This document shows, piece after piece, positions 1 to 7,587 of a stretch of DNA of 47,900 nt (the stretch's first letter is position 1; each line of letters opens with the position of its first letter). A program made the translations under genes and the position numbers. Origin of the DNA: an uncultured Lachnospiraceae bacterium (GTDB lineage Bacteria > Bacillota > Clostridia > Lachnospirales > Lachnospiraceae); the NCBI GenBank assembly GCA_910583815.1, contig CAJTZB010000001.1, positions 1 through 47,900 on the forward strand, given 5' to 3'. The notes beneath the pieces were generated by a model, which saw nothing but the letters and a program-made list of their open reading frames with translations, was not told where the DNA came from and made no database searches.

Positions 1-549
1 AAGCCGGTACATCTGCTGTTTATTAACTTAATTACGGACTGCTTTCCGGCGCTTGCGCTTGGTATGGAAGAGGCGGAAGAGGACAGCATGAAACGTCCGC
101 CAAGAAATTCAAAAGAGGGTATTTTTGCAGGCGGCATGGGGCTCCATATTGCCCTGCAGGGAATTGCTGTGACTTTGATTACGATGGCAGCTTATATTGT
201 CGGTCACTATATAGAGTCAGGCAGGTGGGAGTTTACGGACAGTCCGGACGGCATGACAATGGCGTTTCTGACCCTGTCGCTTGCAGAAATTTTCCATTCA
301 ATTAATATGCGCTCTTTGCATCATTCGGTTTTTAAGATAAAAACAAAAAATAATTTTCTTTTTGGCGCGATGATAGCATCATGGATTGCAACCACATTGG
401 TTATTTATGTGCCATTCCTTAGAGATGCGTTTGGCTTTGAGCATATCAGCCTGTTGGAATATGGAATTTCCATTGCACTGGCGCTTTTGATTGTTCCGTT
501 TGTGGAACTTGCAAAGCTGTTTGGAATTGAAAAGAAGAGTAGGATGTAG
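1..549 (+). CDS. P-type cation-transporting ATPase (Ca2+/Mg2+ type), C-terminal fragment; 5' end outside window
   Basis: Frame 1 is open from nt 1 (KPVHLLFINLITDCFPALALGMEEAEEDSMKRPPR...). This matches the conserved C-terminal membrane region of P2-type ATPases. Stop TAG 547-549. Confidence 0.85.
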   Translation, partial: KPVHLLFINLITDCFPALALGMEEAEEDSMKRPPRNSKEGIFAGGMGLHIALQGIAVTLITMAAYIVGHYIESGRWEFTDSPDGMTMAFLTLSLAEIFHSINMRSLHHSVFKIKTKNNFLFGAMIASWIATTLVIYVPFLRDAFGFEHISLLEYGISIALALLIVPFVELAKLFGIEKKSRM

Positions 550-589
550 TACAATAAAGTCATAATTAAGCTTCACAGTTGCCTAATAA

Positions 590-709
590 GATTCGGATGC
601 CAAAAGGGTGCTTTGCACCAACCGAACATAATATGTGGTGTTGCAAGTAAACTTGCAAACCCACATATTTGTGTCGGTTATGCCCGAAGGGGCTTTTGGC
701 ATCTGAATC
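590..709. mobile_element. MITE-like 120-bp element with 17-bp terminal inverted repeats and 7-bp target-site duplication
   Basis: GATTCGGATGCCAAAAG (590-606) is the reverse complement of CTTTTGGCATCTGAATC (693-709) with 1 mismatch. The element is flanked directly by CTAATAA (583-589) and CTAATAA (710-716). The interior folds into three hairpins. Confidence 0.6.
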
Positions 710-738
710 CTAATAAACAAGTTGGAATGGAGGTTGTT

Positions 739-1302
739 ATGGCAAAACAGATATGGAAACCGGGAAATATGCTCTATCCGCTTCCGGCAGTGTTAGTCAG
801 CTGCATGCGTCCGGGCGGACGTCCAAACGCACTGACTGTAGCGTGGGCGGCAACGGTGTGCAGCGAGCCGCCGATGCTGTCGGTGTCTGTCCGGAAAGAA
901 CGATATTCCCATGACATCATTATGGAAACAGGGGAGTTTGTAGTCAATCTGACGACAAAGCAGATGGTGCATGCCACGGATTACTGCGGCGTTCGTTCTG
1001 GCAGAGATGTAGACAAGTTTAAGGAGTGCGGCTTCCATGAGGAGCCGTCGCAGGTTATCTCGGTACCGGGAATCAAAGAAAGCCCGGTCAATATTGAATG
1101 CAAGGTGGCAGAGGCAAAGGTGCTTGGAAGCCATACAATGTTCATAGCAAATGTGGTTGGTGTCTTAGTGGATGAGGCCTATATGGATGAAAACGGAAAG
1201 TTCTGCTTGAATGATGCAGGGCTGATTGCATATTCACATGGCGCATACAGAGAGCTTGGAGAAACCGCCGGGACGTTTGGGTATTCCGTAAGGAAAAAGT
1301 AA
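739..1302 (+). CDS. flavin reductase-like (FMN-binding split-barrel) family protein
   Basis: MAKQIWKPGNMLYPLPAVLVSC...NALTVAWAATVCSEPPMLSVSV...GEFVVNL is a typical Flavin_Reduct pattern. GGAGG 729-733 lies 5 nt before ATG 739. The ORF-track extension back to 613 runs through the MITE. Confidence 0.8.
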   Translation: MAKQIWKPGNMLYPLPAVLVSCMRPGGRPNALTVAWAATVCSEPPMLSVSVRKERYSHDIIMETGEFVVNLTTKQMVHATDYCGVRSGRDVDKFKECGFHEEPSQVISVPGIKESPVNIECKVAEAKVLGSHTMFIANVVGVLVDEAYMDENGKFCLNDAGLIAYSHGAYRELGETAGTFGYSVRKK

Positions 1303-1376
1303 CAGCAAGAATGCAACTTACATCAAAACTTTCTGCCGGATTCTATGGTATCCTATTTCTGCAAGGAGGAAAAGAC

Positions 1377-2282
1377 ATGTTTGAATGGAATGAGGCCGTG
1401 CAGAAAATGATAGATTGGACAGAGGTGCATTTGACAGAACATCCTTCTCTTTTGGAAATGTCAAACCAGATCGGGTATTCGCCATATTATTGCTCCAGCC
1501 GTTTCCATGAAATCACAGGGATGACATTTAAGAGCTATGTTGCAGGGAGGCAGCTTGCTATGGCGGCTTTGGAACTTCGGGATACAAGAGTCCGCATCCT
1601 TGATATTGCGATTAAGTACGGATATTCCTCACAGGAAGCCCTGACGAGGGCTTTTATGAATGCGTTCGGATGTACACCGGGGGCATATCGGAAAAATCCG
1701 GTTCCCATTGCTCTTTCCAGCTTAAAGGTCGTTTTCTTTCCTGAGCATTATATCAATAAAGGAGAGCCTACGATGAATCAGACCTTATTGACAGAAGCGC
1801 ATATCCGCGTGGAGCATATTCCGGCACATAAATATGTCGGCATATGGGATATTGATGCTGCTGACTATATGAATTTCTGGAGCAGACATGACTGTGACAG
1901 TATTTGCGGAACAATTGACAGCATGAGTCATGTTTCGCATCCGATTGTCACCTGCCATACGGCAGGATGGTTTTACGAAAACGGCAGAAAAGGCTATTTC
2001 TATGGATTCGGCGTACCAAACGATTACCAAGGAATCATTCCGGATGGGTTTGAAATCAGAGAATTTCCTGCAAGCGATTATCTTGTTTTCTTCCATCCAC
2101 CGTTTGATTATCTGAAGGACTGCGGTGAAGTCATGGGAAGGGTAGAAAAGCTGGCGTGGAACTTTGACCCGAAAACGAAGGGATATGAATGGAATGAGGA
2201 AGTTTGCCAAGATTATCAGCGCCACTTTCCGGAAGTGATTGGTTATGAAGTACTGCGTCCTATAAAAATTGTCACTTCGTGA
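1377..2282 (+). CDS. AraC-family transcriptional regulator with C-terminal effector-binding (GyrI-like) domain
   Basis: N-terminal HTH_18 pattern (SLLEMSNQIGYSPYYCSSRFHEITGMTFKSYV...ILDIAIKYGYSSQEALTRAFMNAFGCTPGAYRK). GGAGG 1366-1370 precedes ATG 1377. The last codons and stop lie inside the repeat at 2262-2331. Confidence 0.85.
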   Translation: MFEWNEAVQKMIDWTEVHLTEHPSLLEMSNQIGYSPYYCSSRFHEITGMTFKSYVAGRQLAMAALELRDTRVRILDIAIKYGYSSQEALTRAFMNAFGCTPGAYRKNPVPIALSSLKVVFFPEHYINKGEPTMNQTLLTEAHIRVEHIPAHKYVGIWDIDAADYMNFWSRHDCDSICGTIDSMSHVSHPIVTCHTAGWFYENGRKGYFYGFGVPNDYQGIIPDGFEIREFPASDYLVFFHPPFDYLKDCGEVMGRVEKLAWNFDPKTKGYEWNEEVCQDYQRHFPEVIGYEVLRPIKIVTS

Positions 2283-2331
2283 CAATTATAAATCCGCAGC
2301 GCGGATTTTGGAATGAATGCGCCTTGCGGCG
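2262..2331 (-). repeat. 70-bp three-hairpin intergenic repeat, copy 1 (inverted relative to copy 2 at 40287-40356)
   Basis: The reverse complement aligns to 40287-40356 with about 57/68 identities by hand count. All three stems are conserved and the differences fall in loops and linkers. Confidence 0.75.
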
Positions 2332-2370
2332 AGGTTTCCTATAAGGTAAAAAAGCATAAAACTAATGTCA

Positions 2371-2404
2371 GAAGGACTGGCCGTTTGCCGGTCCTTCTTT
2401 TTTT
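2371..2404 (+). terminator. rho-independent terminator downstream of the AraC-family gene
   Basis: GAAGGACTGGC (2371-2381) pairs with GCCGGTCCTTC (2387-2397) with one G-U pair, followed by a T7 run. Confidence 0.7.
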
Positions 2405-2432
2405 GCTTCATAGTATTTTAATCTTAAGTGGT

Positions 2433-2654
2433 TCATATAAATGGTTCTCCACATAAATCATCATATCGTTCCGAAGTTTCATATAGAGCAGGAGGACAGA
2501 CAGGACAATGACGAGCCGGTGGAAGATAGCTGCCGGTTTCCCGGCGGGAGATGGTCTTGTTTGTGATTCCAAGCTGCTCGCCTAGTGCTTCTTGTGTAAG
2601 ACCCCTTTCCTTGCGGAGCGCTGCGAGGAAACTTCCAATTTTGGCTGTATCCAT
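2433..2654 (-). CDS. XRE-family HTH protein, short and possibly a truncated remnant
   Basis: MDTAKIGSFLAALRKERGLTQEALGEQLGITNKTISRRETG is a clean Cro/C1 HTH. The sequence after the HTH (SYLPPARHCPVCPPALYETSERYDDLCGEPFI) does not read like a conserved continuation and ends early. Confidence 0.5.
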   Translation of the reverse strand: MDTAKIGSFLAALRKERGLTQEALGEQLGITNKTISRRETGSYLPPARHCPVCPPALYETSERYDDLCGEPFI

Positions 2655-2772
2655 AGACAGCGAATCTTTTTTATGGTCGAGCATTCGACATTTGAGTTAT
2701 TATAAATAGGAAAAACATGGATGGTGAAGAGCGATTCGGAAGCATTGTATATGGGAGGTGGTATATGGAAAT

Positions 2773-2967
2773 ATGGATAAAACAAATGAGGCAGGGCTGC
2801 TTTTGCACATATGGATAAGGTTGGATGAAATTAAAAATTTGCTCTCGGTTATTGAAAAGGGACTGGAAGAAGAGGGAGAGTGGAAGACAAGTGAGATGCA
2901 TGGAATAATAAACATAATAAAAAGAGAGCTAGAAGAGCTGATAGGAAAAATAGACCGGGCAGTTTAG
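2773..2967 (+). CDS. hypothetical small helical/acidic protein
   Basis: ORF only (MDKTNEAGLLLHIWIRLDEIKNLLSVIEKGLEEEGEW...). The nearby GGGAGG (2753-2758) is better placed for an out-of-frame 17-codon ATG at 2765, so coding status is uncertain. Confidence 0.3.
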   Translation: MDKTNEAGLLLHIWIRLDEIKNLLSVIEKGLEEEGEWKTSEMHGIINIIKRELEELIGKIDRAV

Positions 2968-3179
2968 CGGACATCCACTGGATCAGGAGTGATGGAAATC
3001 ACATCCTGAACAGAGCAATGCAGGCAGAAGCAAAGCTTCTCTAAAGTAAGGGTAGTTACATTTTCGTTATGCTTTAGTTTGTAGATAGTTCTGCGGTCTA
3101 TGCCATGTCTGGTAATCAGAGTATAGGTAGTTTCGCCTTTCTCCTCCATGGTTTTCCAGAGCGGTTCGTAGCTAATCAT
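2964..3179 (-). CDS. small HTH DNA-binding protein (Cro/XRE-like), divergent from the glycan operon
   Basis: MISYEPLWKTMEEKGETTYTLITRHGIDRRTIYKLKHNENVTTLTLEKLCFCLHCSVQDV follows the pattern of ~70-aa HTH regulators. AAAGGAGGG lies 7 nt upstream of ATG 3179 on the minus strand. Confidence 0.7.
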   Translation of the reverse strand: MISYEPLWKTMEEKGETTYTLITRHGIDRRTIYKLKHNENVTTLTLEKLCFCLHCSVQDVISITPDPVDVR

Positions 3180-3308
3180 GTAATTTCCCTCCTTTTTGCA
3201 GTATTTGTATATGGATGTCGTCAAGACATCGACACTATAGTTTCTGTAATTTCATTATATTTATATGCTGAATAAATTGATATTCTGAAAAAATACAGCA
3301 TAATAAGG

Positions 3309-3337
3309 TTGAAATATGGAATGATATGCTGTATAAT
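3309..3337 (+). promoter_or_regulatory. candidate sigma-A promoter of the glycan operon
   Basis: TTGAAA (3309-3314), 17-nt spacer, TATAAT (3332-3337), about 33 nt upstream of ATG 3370. Confidence 0.5.
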
Positions 3338-3347
3338 TACAGCATAT
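3324..3347. promoter_or_regulatory. 24-bp palindrome (candidate operator) overlapping the -10 box
   Basis: ATATGCTGTA-TAAT-TACAGCATAT has perfect 10-bp arms. The same half-sites recur at 3263-3270 (ATATGCTG) and 3296-3302 (CAGCATA). Confidence 0.5.
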
Positions 3348-3369
3348 TCGAGAAGGCAGGAAGCAGAAG

Positions 3370-4602
3370 ATGCAGAAAGAGATGGGAAAACAAAAAGTAC
3401 TAATCATAACAACAATCAGTGGCTTTCTGCAGCAGTTTGAATTAAATGATGTCAGAATTCTTCAGGCATTGGGCTATGAAGTGCATTATGCCAGCAATTT
3501 TGAAACTTCGGTTTATGGGATAGATAATGAGCAGTTGCAGAAGCTTGGGATAGTGATTCATCCAATCTCAATCCAAAAATCTCCCTGTGCGGTTGGGAAA
3601 AATTTAAAAGCTTTGCGAGAATTGTGCAGGATAATAAGGGAGGAGCGAATTTTAGCCATTCATTGCCATAACCCTCTTGGTGGAGTGGTGGGAAGGCTAG
3701 CAGCGTTTTTGGGCGGGAAGAAAAGGCCATATGTGCTTTATACAGCACATGGCTTTCATTTTTATAAAGGTGCGCCATTCGTTAACTGGATGCTGTTTTT
3801 TCCGGCAGAATATTTGCTTGCAAGACTGACTGACTGCCTGATTACAGTCAATGAGGAGGATTATCAAAGAGTGTGCGCGATGCCTCTTAAAAAAGGCGGA
3901 AGGGCAGAACGGATACCAAGTGTCGGGATAGCAGAAGAAAAGTTTTCAGATAGGGCAGAACTTCGCATGGGAATCCGTGAAAAACATGGAATTCCCGAAG
4001 ACTGTTTTTATATTCTGACGGCAGGGGAACTGAACCGGAACAAGAACCAACAGGTTTTGCTGCATACGGTTGCTTTGCTTGGGCAGGAAAAGATACACCT
4101 TGGCATCTGTGGAGAGGGCTCTTGCCGGGAGGGTTTAAAAGTGTTGGCAGAGGAGCTTGGGATTACAGAGAAAGTCAGCTTTTTAGGATATAGGAACGAT
4201 TTGTGGGAACTTCTTGCGGCGGCAGATGCTTTTGCCTTCCCATCAATTAGAGAGGGATTTGCCATTGCACCGCTCGAAGCGTTGGCAGCAGGGCTTCCGC
4301 TGATTACATCAGAGCGAAGGGACAGCAGGGAATACATAAGGGATGAGGAAAATGGTTTCCTTTGCAGAAAAAATATACCACAGGAGTATGTGAGGGCAAT
4401 CCGTATCCTGATAAAGCAGCCTGAATTAAGGAAGAAGATGTCGGAGAACGGAAGAGAAGCAGCAAAGAAGTATGCCCTGCCCAAAACAGAGTGCATTATG
4501 AAGAAAATATATAGCAGCATTGCAAGAGAACATCCTGTCAGAAGTCCACAGCAGAATACAGAAAACCAGGCTGAATGGGCAGCCGGGAAAGAAGGAAAGT
4601 AA
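3370..4602 (+). CDS. glycosyltransferase, GT4 (GT-B, retaining type)
   Basis: VLIITT...HCHNPLGGVVGRLAA...YTAHGFHFYKGAP...ITVNEEDY in the N-terminal domain, and FPSIREGFAIAPLEALAAGLPLITS (E-x7-E-like region) in the C-terminal domain. Confidence 0.85.
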   Translation: MQKEMGKQKVLIITTISGFLQQFELNDVRILQALGYEVHYASNFETSVYGIDNEQLQKLGIVIHPISIQKSPCAVGKNLKALRELCRIIREERILAIHCHNPLGGVVGRLAAFLGGKKRPYVLYTAHGFHFYKGAPFVNWMLFFPAEYLLARLTDCLITVNEEDYQRVCAMPLKKGGRAERIPSVGIAEEKFSDRAELRMGIREKHGIPEDCFYILTAGELNRNKNQQVLLHTVALLGQEKIHLGICGEGSCREGLKVLAEELGITEKVSFLGYRNDLWELLAAADAFAFPSIREGFAIAPLEALAAGLPLITSERRDSREYIRDEENGFLCRKNIPQEYVRAIRILIKQPELRKKMSENGREAAKKYALPKTECIMKKIYSSIAREHPVRSPQQNTENQAEWAAGKEGK

Positions 4603-5484
4603 ATGCAGGAGGAAAAGCGGCCGGAAATCAGCGTGATTATGGGGGTTTATAGTAACAAAGATGCAAAATGGCTGGAAGAGAGCATTTCTTCTGTTTTGAA
4701 CCAGACATTTCCGGACTTTGAGTTCATTATTTACAGTGATGGTTCAGATGCAGCAGTGTTGAAGCAGCTTGAGCAGTATGCGAAGCAAGATAAGCGGATT
4801 ATCTTGCTGCACAACTCTATAAATCATGGTCTGGCGTATTCGCTGAATGCCTGTATTGATGTTGCAAAGGGGAAGTATCTCGCACGTATGGATGATGACG
4901 ACATCTGTATGCCAGAACGCTTTGCTGTACAGTATGCATTTCTGGAGAAACATCCGGAAGTGGACTTTGTTGGCGCAAATGTAAAACTGATAGACAGTGA
5001 TGGTGTATGGGGTGTGCGTCATATGCCAGAATATCCGAAGAAACAGGATTTCCTAAGATATTCCCCTTTTGTCCATCCCAGTATTTTTATCAGACGAAGC
5101 ATTTTTGAAAAGGCAGGAAATTATCGGTCCTCGGATGAAACCTGGAGGTGTGAGGATTATGAACTGTTTATGCGTTTCTGGAGGATGGGATGCTGTGGGT
5201 GCAATCTTAGAGAGGAACTGCTTTGTTACAGGGAGGACAGGGACGCTTACCGGAAACGGAAATGGAAATACAGAATCAATGAGGTAAAGTTACGCTACCG
5301 GAATTTTAAAGAAATGGGACTGCTGTTTCCGATTGGCTGGGCGTATGTACTGCGTCCGATTGCTGCCGGAATTATTCCGGCAAGGCTGATTTTTGAAATC
5401 AAAAGACTATATCATTTGCAGGAAAAAACAGATGAAAGACGAATGGGAAAAAAGAATCCGGCATTACCAAAGAAGGTTAAATAA
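4603..5484 (+). CDS. glycosyltransferase, GT2 (GT-A)
   Basis: ISVIMGVYSN...SVLNQTFPDFEFIIYSDGS...YLARMDDDDI (DxD). ATG follows directly after the upstream stop. Confidence 0.85.
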   Translation: MQEEKRPEISVIMGVYSNKDAKWLEESISSVLNQTFPDFEFIIYSDGSDAAVLKQLEQYAKQDKRIILLHNSINHGLAYSLNACIDVAKGKYLARMDDDDICMPERFAVQYAFLEKHPEVDFVGANVKLIDSDGVWGVRHMPEYPKKQDFLRYSPFVHPSIFIRRSIFEKAGNYRSSDETWRCEDYELFMRFWRMGCCGCNLREELLCYREDRDAYRKRKWKYRINEVKLRYRNFKEMGLLFPIGWAYVLRPIAAGIIPARLIFEIKRLYHLQEKTDERRMGKKNPALPKKVK

Positions 5485-6835
5485 GGTACCAATATTTTCC
5501 GAACTGTCGGAAAACCTGTGGACAGAATGGAAGGAAGAATTGCCTGAGCAGGCAGTATTTGCAGCAACAACAAGCTTTGTGCTGGCACCAATGCTCTGCA
5601 GTTATGTTCTCTGGGTGCTGCAGGAGGCTGTCAGGGCTGGGAAACGACGTCTGTATTTTTTGGCGCGGGATGGCTATCAGATGTATCAGATTGCAGAAAT
5701 ATTCTGTGGCAAATGGGGAATTTCGCTGGAATGCAAATATCTGTACTGTTCACGGTATGCGCTCCGTATGGCAGAGTATGCCCTGCATATAGATGCTGCA
5801 TTGGACTATTTATGTCTGGACGGCATTTATGTAACTTTGGAAACCGTATGCAACCGAGCAGGGATATTTTCTGAGGAAGAAATAGAACAAGCAGCAGAGG
5901 CGCTTGGCATAGCAGACCGTAAAAGGCGGCTTTCCTATGCTGAGTTAAAGACGCTGAGAAAAAAACTGGGGCAGTATGAGGAGTTCAAAAGGAAGATGAA
6001 AGAAAAAGGAAAAGAAGCCTATAAATCAGCGATTGGATATTTCAGACAAGAAGGGATGTTGGAAGAGATTCCTTACGCGTTAGTAGACAGTGGGTGGTCC
6101 GGCAGCATTCAGCAATCCTTTCTCCGTCTGCTTCAGAGTGCCGGGAAAAAAGAAGGGATACAGGGCTATTACTTTGGACTGTATGAATGTCCGAAAAAGG
6201 CTGACAGAAGCACGTACGGTACTTACTATTTTTCGCCGGAGCGCAGATTGCGAAGAAAGGCAGCCTTTAACAACAACCTGTTTGAATGTGTCTGCACGTC
6301 GCCGGAAGGGATGACAAAAAGGTATGAATATGAAAATGGGGGCTATGTTCCACGTCTTTCCGACAGAAAAAATCCTAACGCAGCCAAGGTAAGGGTTCAT
6401 ACGGAATATTTTAGGCGCTATGCGGAAGGTTTGGCGGAGCAGATGGAAAAAAAGAATCCAAAACAAAGGAAAGAGGCCTCCAAAGTTCTGGCCTCCCTGT
6501 TTTCCCTGCTGATGGTAAGTCCGACATTAGAGGAAGCAAGGGAATATGGAAGCTATGTGTTCTGCGATGATGTAATTGGGGAAGAAAACCAGAGACTGGC
6601 AGCACCCTTAAGTAAATATGAACTGAAAGCAAACAGGCTTTTTCCGCAGATAGTAAGGAAGTATTTCCGTATAGATAATAAAGCAAGAAGCAGTGCGTGG
6701 GCGGAGGCAAGTGCGGTGCTTGCCTATGGAAGCAGGAAGAGGGCAAGAAAAACACTTAGGCAGCTTAGGGTGGTACAGTATGTGCGTTGTTTCAGGAAGC
6801 AGAGGAAAGCAAAATGTGGGATAAAGAGCAGATAA
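5432..6835 (+). CDS. uncharacterised protein, paralogous to the C-terminal ~430 aa of the 1035-aa protein (8449-11556)
   Basis: Shared blocks are RLYFLARDGYQMY vs KVHFIARDGYLPK, YLYCSRYALRMA vs YIYASRKSMIAA, and LVDSGWSGSIQQS vs AFDLGYSGKLQAS. The start is uncertain: the ORF is open from 5393, and AGGAAA precedes ATG 5432. It overlaps the end of the GT2 gene. Confidence 0.6.
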   Translation: MKDEWEKRIRHYQRRLNKVPIFSELSENLWTEWKEELPEQAVFAATTSFVLAPMLCSYVLWVLQEAVRAGKRRLYFLARDGYQMYQIAEIFCGKWGISLECKYLYCSRYALRMAEYALHIDAALDYLCLDGIYVTLETVCNRAGIFSEEEIEQAAEALGIADRKRRLSYAELKTLRKKLGQYEEFKRKMKEKGKEAYKSAIGYFRQEGMLEEIPYALVDSGWSGSIQQSFLRLLQSAGKKEGIQGYYFGLYECPKKADRSTYGTYYFSPERRLRRKAAFNNNLFECVCTSPEGMTKRYEYENGGYVPRLSDRKNPNAAKVRVHTEYFRRYAEGLAEQMEKKNPKQRKEASKVLASLFSLLMVSPTLEEAREYGSYVFCDDVIGEENQRLAAPLSKYELKANRLFPQIVRKYFRIDNKARSSAWAEASAVLAYGSRKRARKTLRQLRVVQYVRCFRKQRKAKCGIKSR

Positions 6836-7587
6836 AGCAATATGTGTTTGTCATACGAGAACTGACAGGGAGAGAGATTAAAAGAAAGTATGCAAGGTCC
6901 TATCTTGGAATCTTGTGGAGCGTGCTGAATCCGCTTTTGTCAATGGCAGTGATGTCTTTGATTTTCTCTGCAATGTTTAAAAGGAGCATTGAAAATTATC
7001 CAATTTATTATTTGACAGGCAATATTATTTGGTCGTTTTTTACAGGAGCAACCAACAGTGCAATGACGGCGCTTGTGGACAATAAAATGATGCTGATAAA
7101 AGTGAAGCTGCCAATGTCCATTTTTCCGTTGTCGAGGTGCTATACGGCGCTTGTAAATTTTGGGTATTCTATTATTGCGTTTACGATTATGTTGCTGGTA
7201 TTTAGGATTCCGCTTCAGCCCTATATTCTGCTTTTTCTATTATATGCGATAGGAGTATTTTTCTTTTCGCTTGGCATGGGGTATTGGCTTTCTGTTTTGT
7301 ATGCAATCTTTGGGGATATTAAGCATTTGTACTCTATTTTGCTGATGCTCTGGATGTATCTGTCGGCTCTTTTTTATCCGGTAGAGAATACAACGCCGAT
7401 GATGCAGGCCATTATTTTGCGGAATCCGATTTACAGCTTTATTTCATCGGCAAGAAAATGCATTTTATATGCAGAATTTCCTAGTACAGAGGAATGGTTT
7501 AGGATGTGCGGGTGGAGTATCGGAATGTACCTGTTTGGCAGGTTAGTATTCCAGAAAATGCAAAATAAGGTGTTACAGAAAATTTAG
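6814..7587 (+). CDS. ABC-2 type polysaccharide/teichoic-acid export permease (Wzm/TagG-like)
   Basis: REIKRKYARSYLGILWSVLNPLL signature followed by six hydrophobic segments. AGAGGAAAG precedes ATG 6814. Confidence 0.85.
   Translation: MWDKEQIKQYVFVIRELTGREIKRKYARSYLGILWSVLNPLLSMAVMSLIFSAMFKRSIENYPIYYLTGNIIWSFFTGATNSAMTALVDNKMMLIKVKLPMSIFPLSRCYTALVNFGYSIIAFTIMLLVFRIPLQPYILLFLLYAIGVFFFSLGMGYWLSVLYAIFGDIKHLYSILLMLWMYLSALFYPVENTTPMMQAIILRNPIYSFISSARKCILYAEFPSTEEWFRMCGWSIGMYLFGRLVFQKMQNKVLQKI

Noticed and set aside
613-738. N-terminal 42-codon extension of the flavin-reductase ORF
   Set aside because: This stretch is read-through of the MITE-like element with no RBS. A GGAGG-5nt-ATG start at 739 matches the family's usual N-terminus.
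724-741. Recurrent start context AATGGAGGnnGTTATG at 724-741, 29250-29267 and 34744-34761
   Set aside because: It is just a strong SD plus a favoured spacer. It is too short and too functionally explicable to be a repeat element. It was useful only for choosing start codons.
3225-3240. GACATCGACACTATAG, which resembles the 3' arm variant GTACATCGACGCTAT of the palindromic-unit family
   Set aside because: It is a single half-site with two mismatches. The nearby GATGTC/GACATC 6-bp hairpin explains the local symmetry, so I did not count it.
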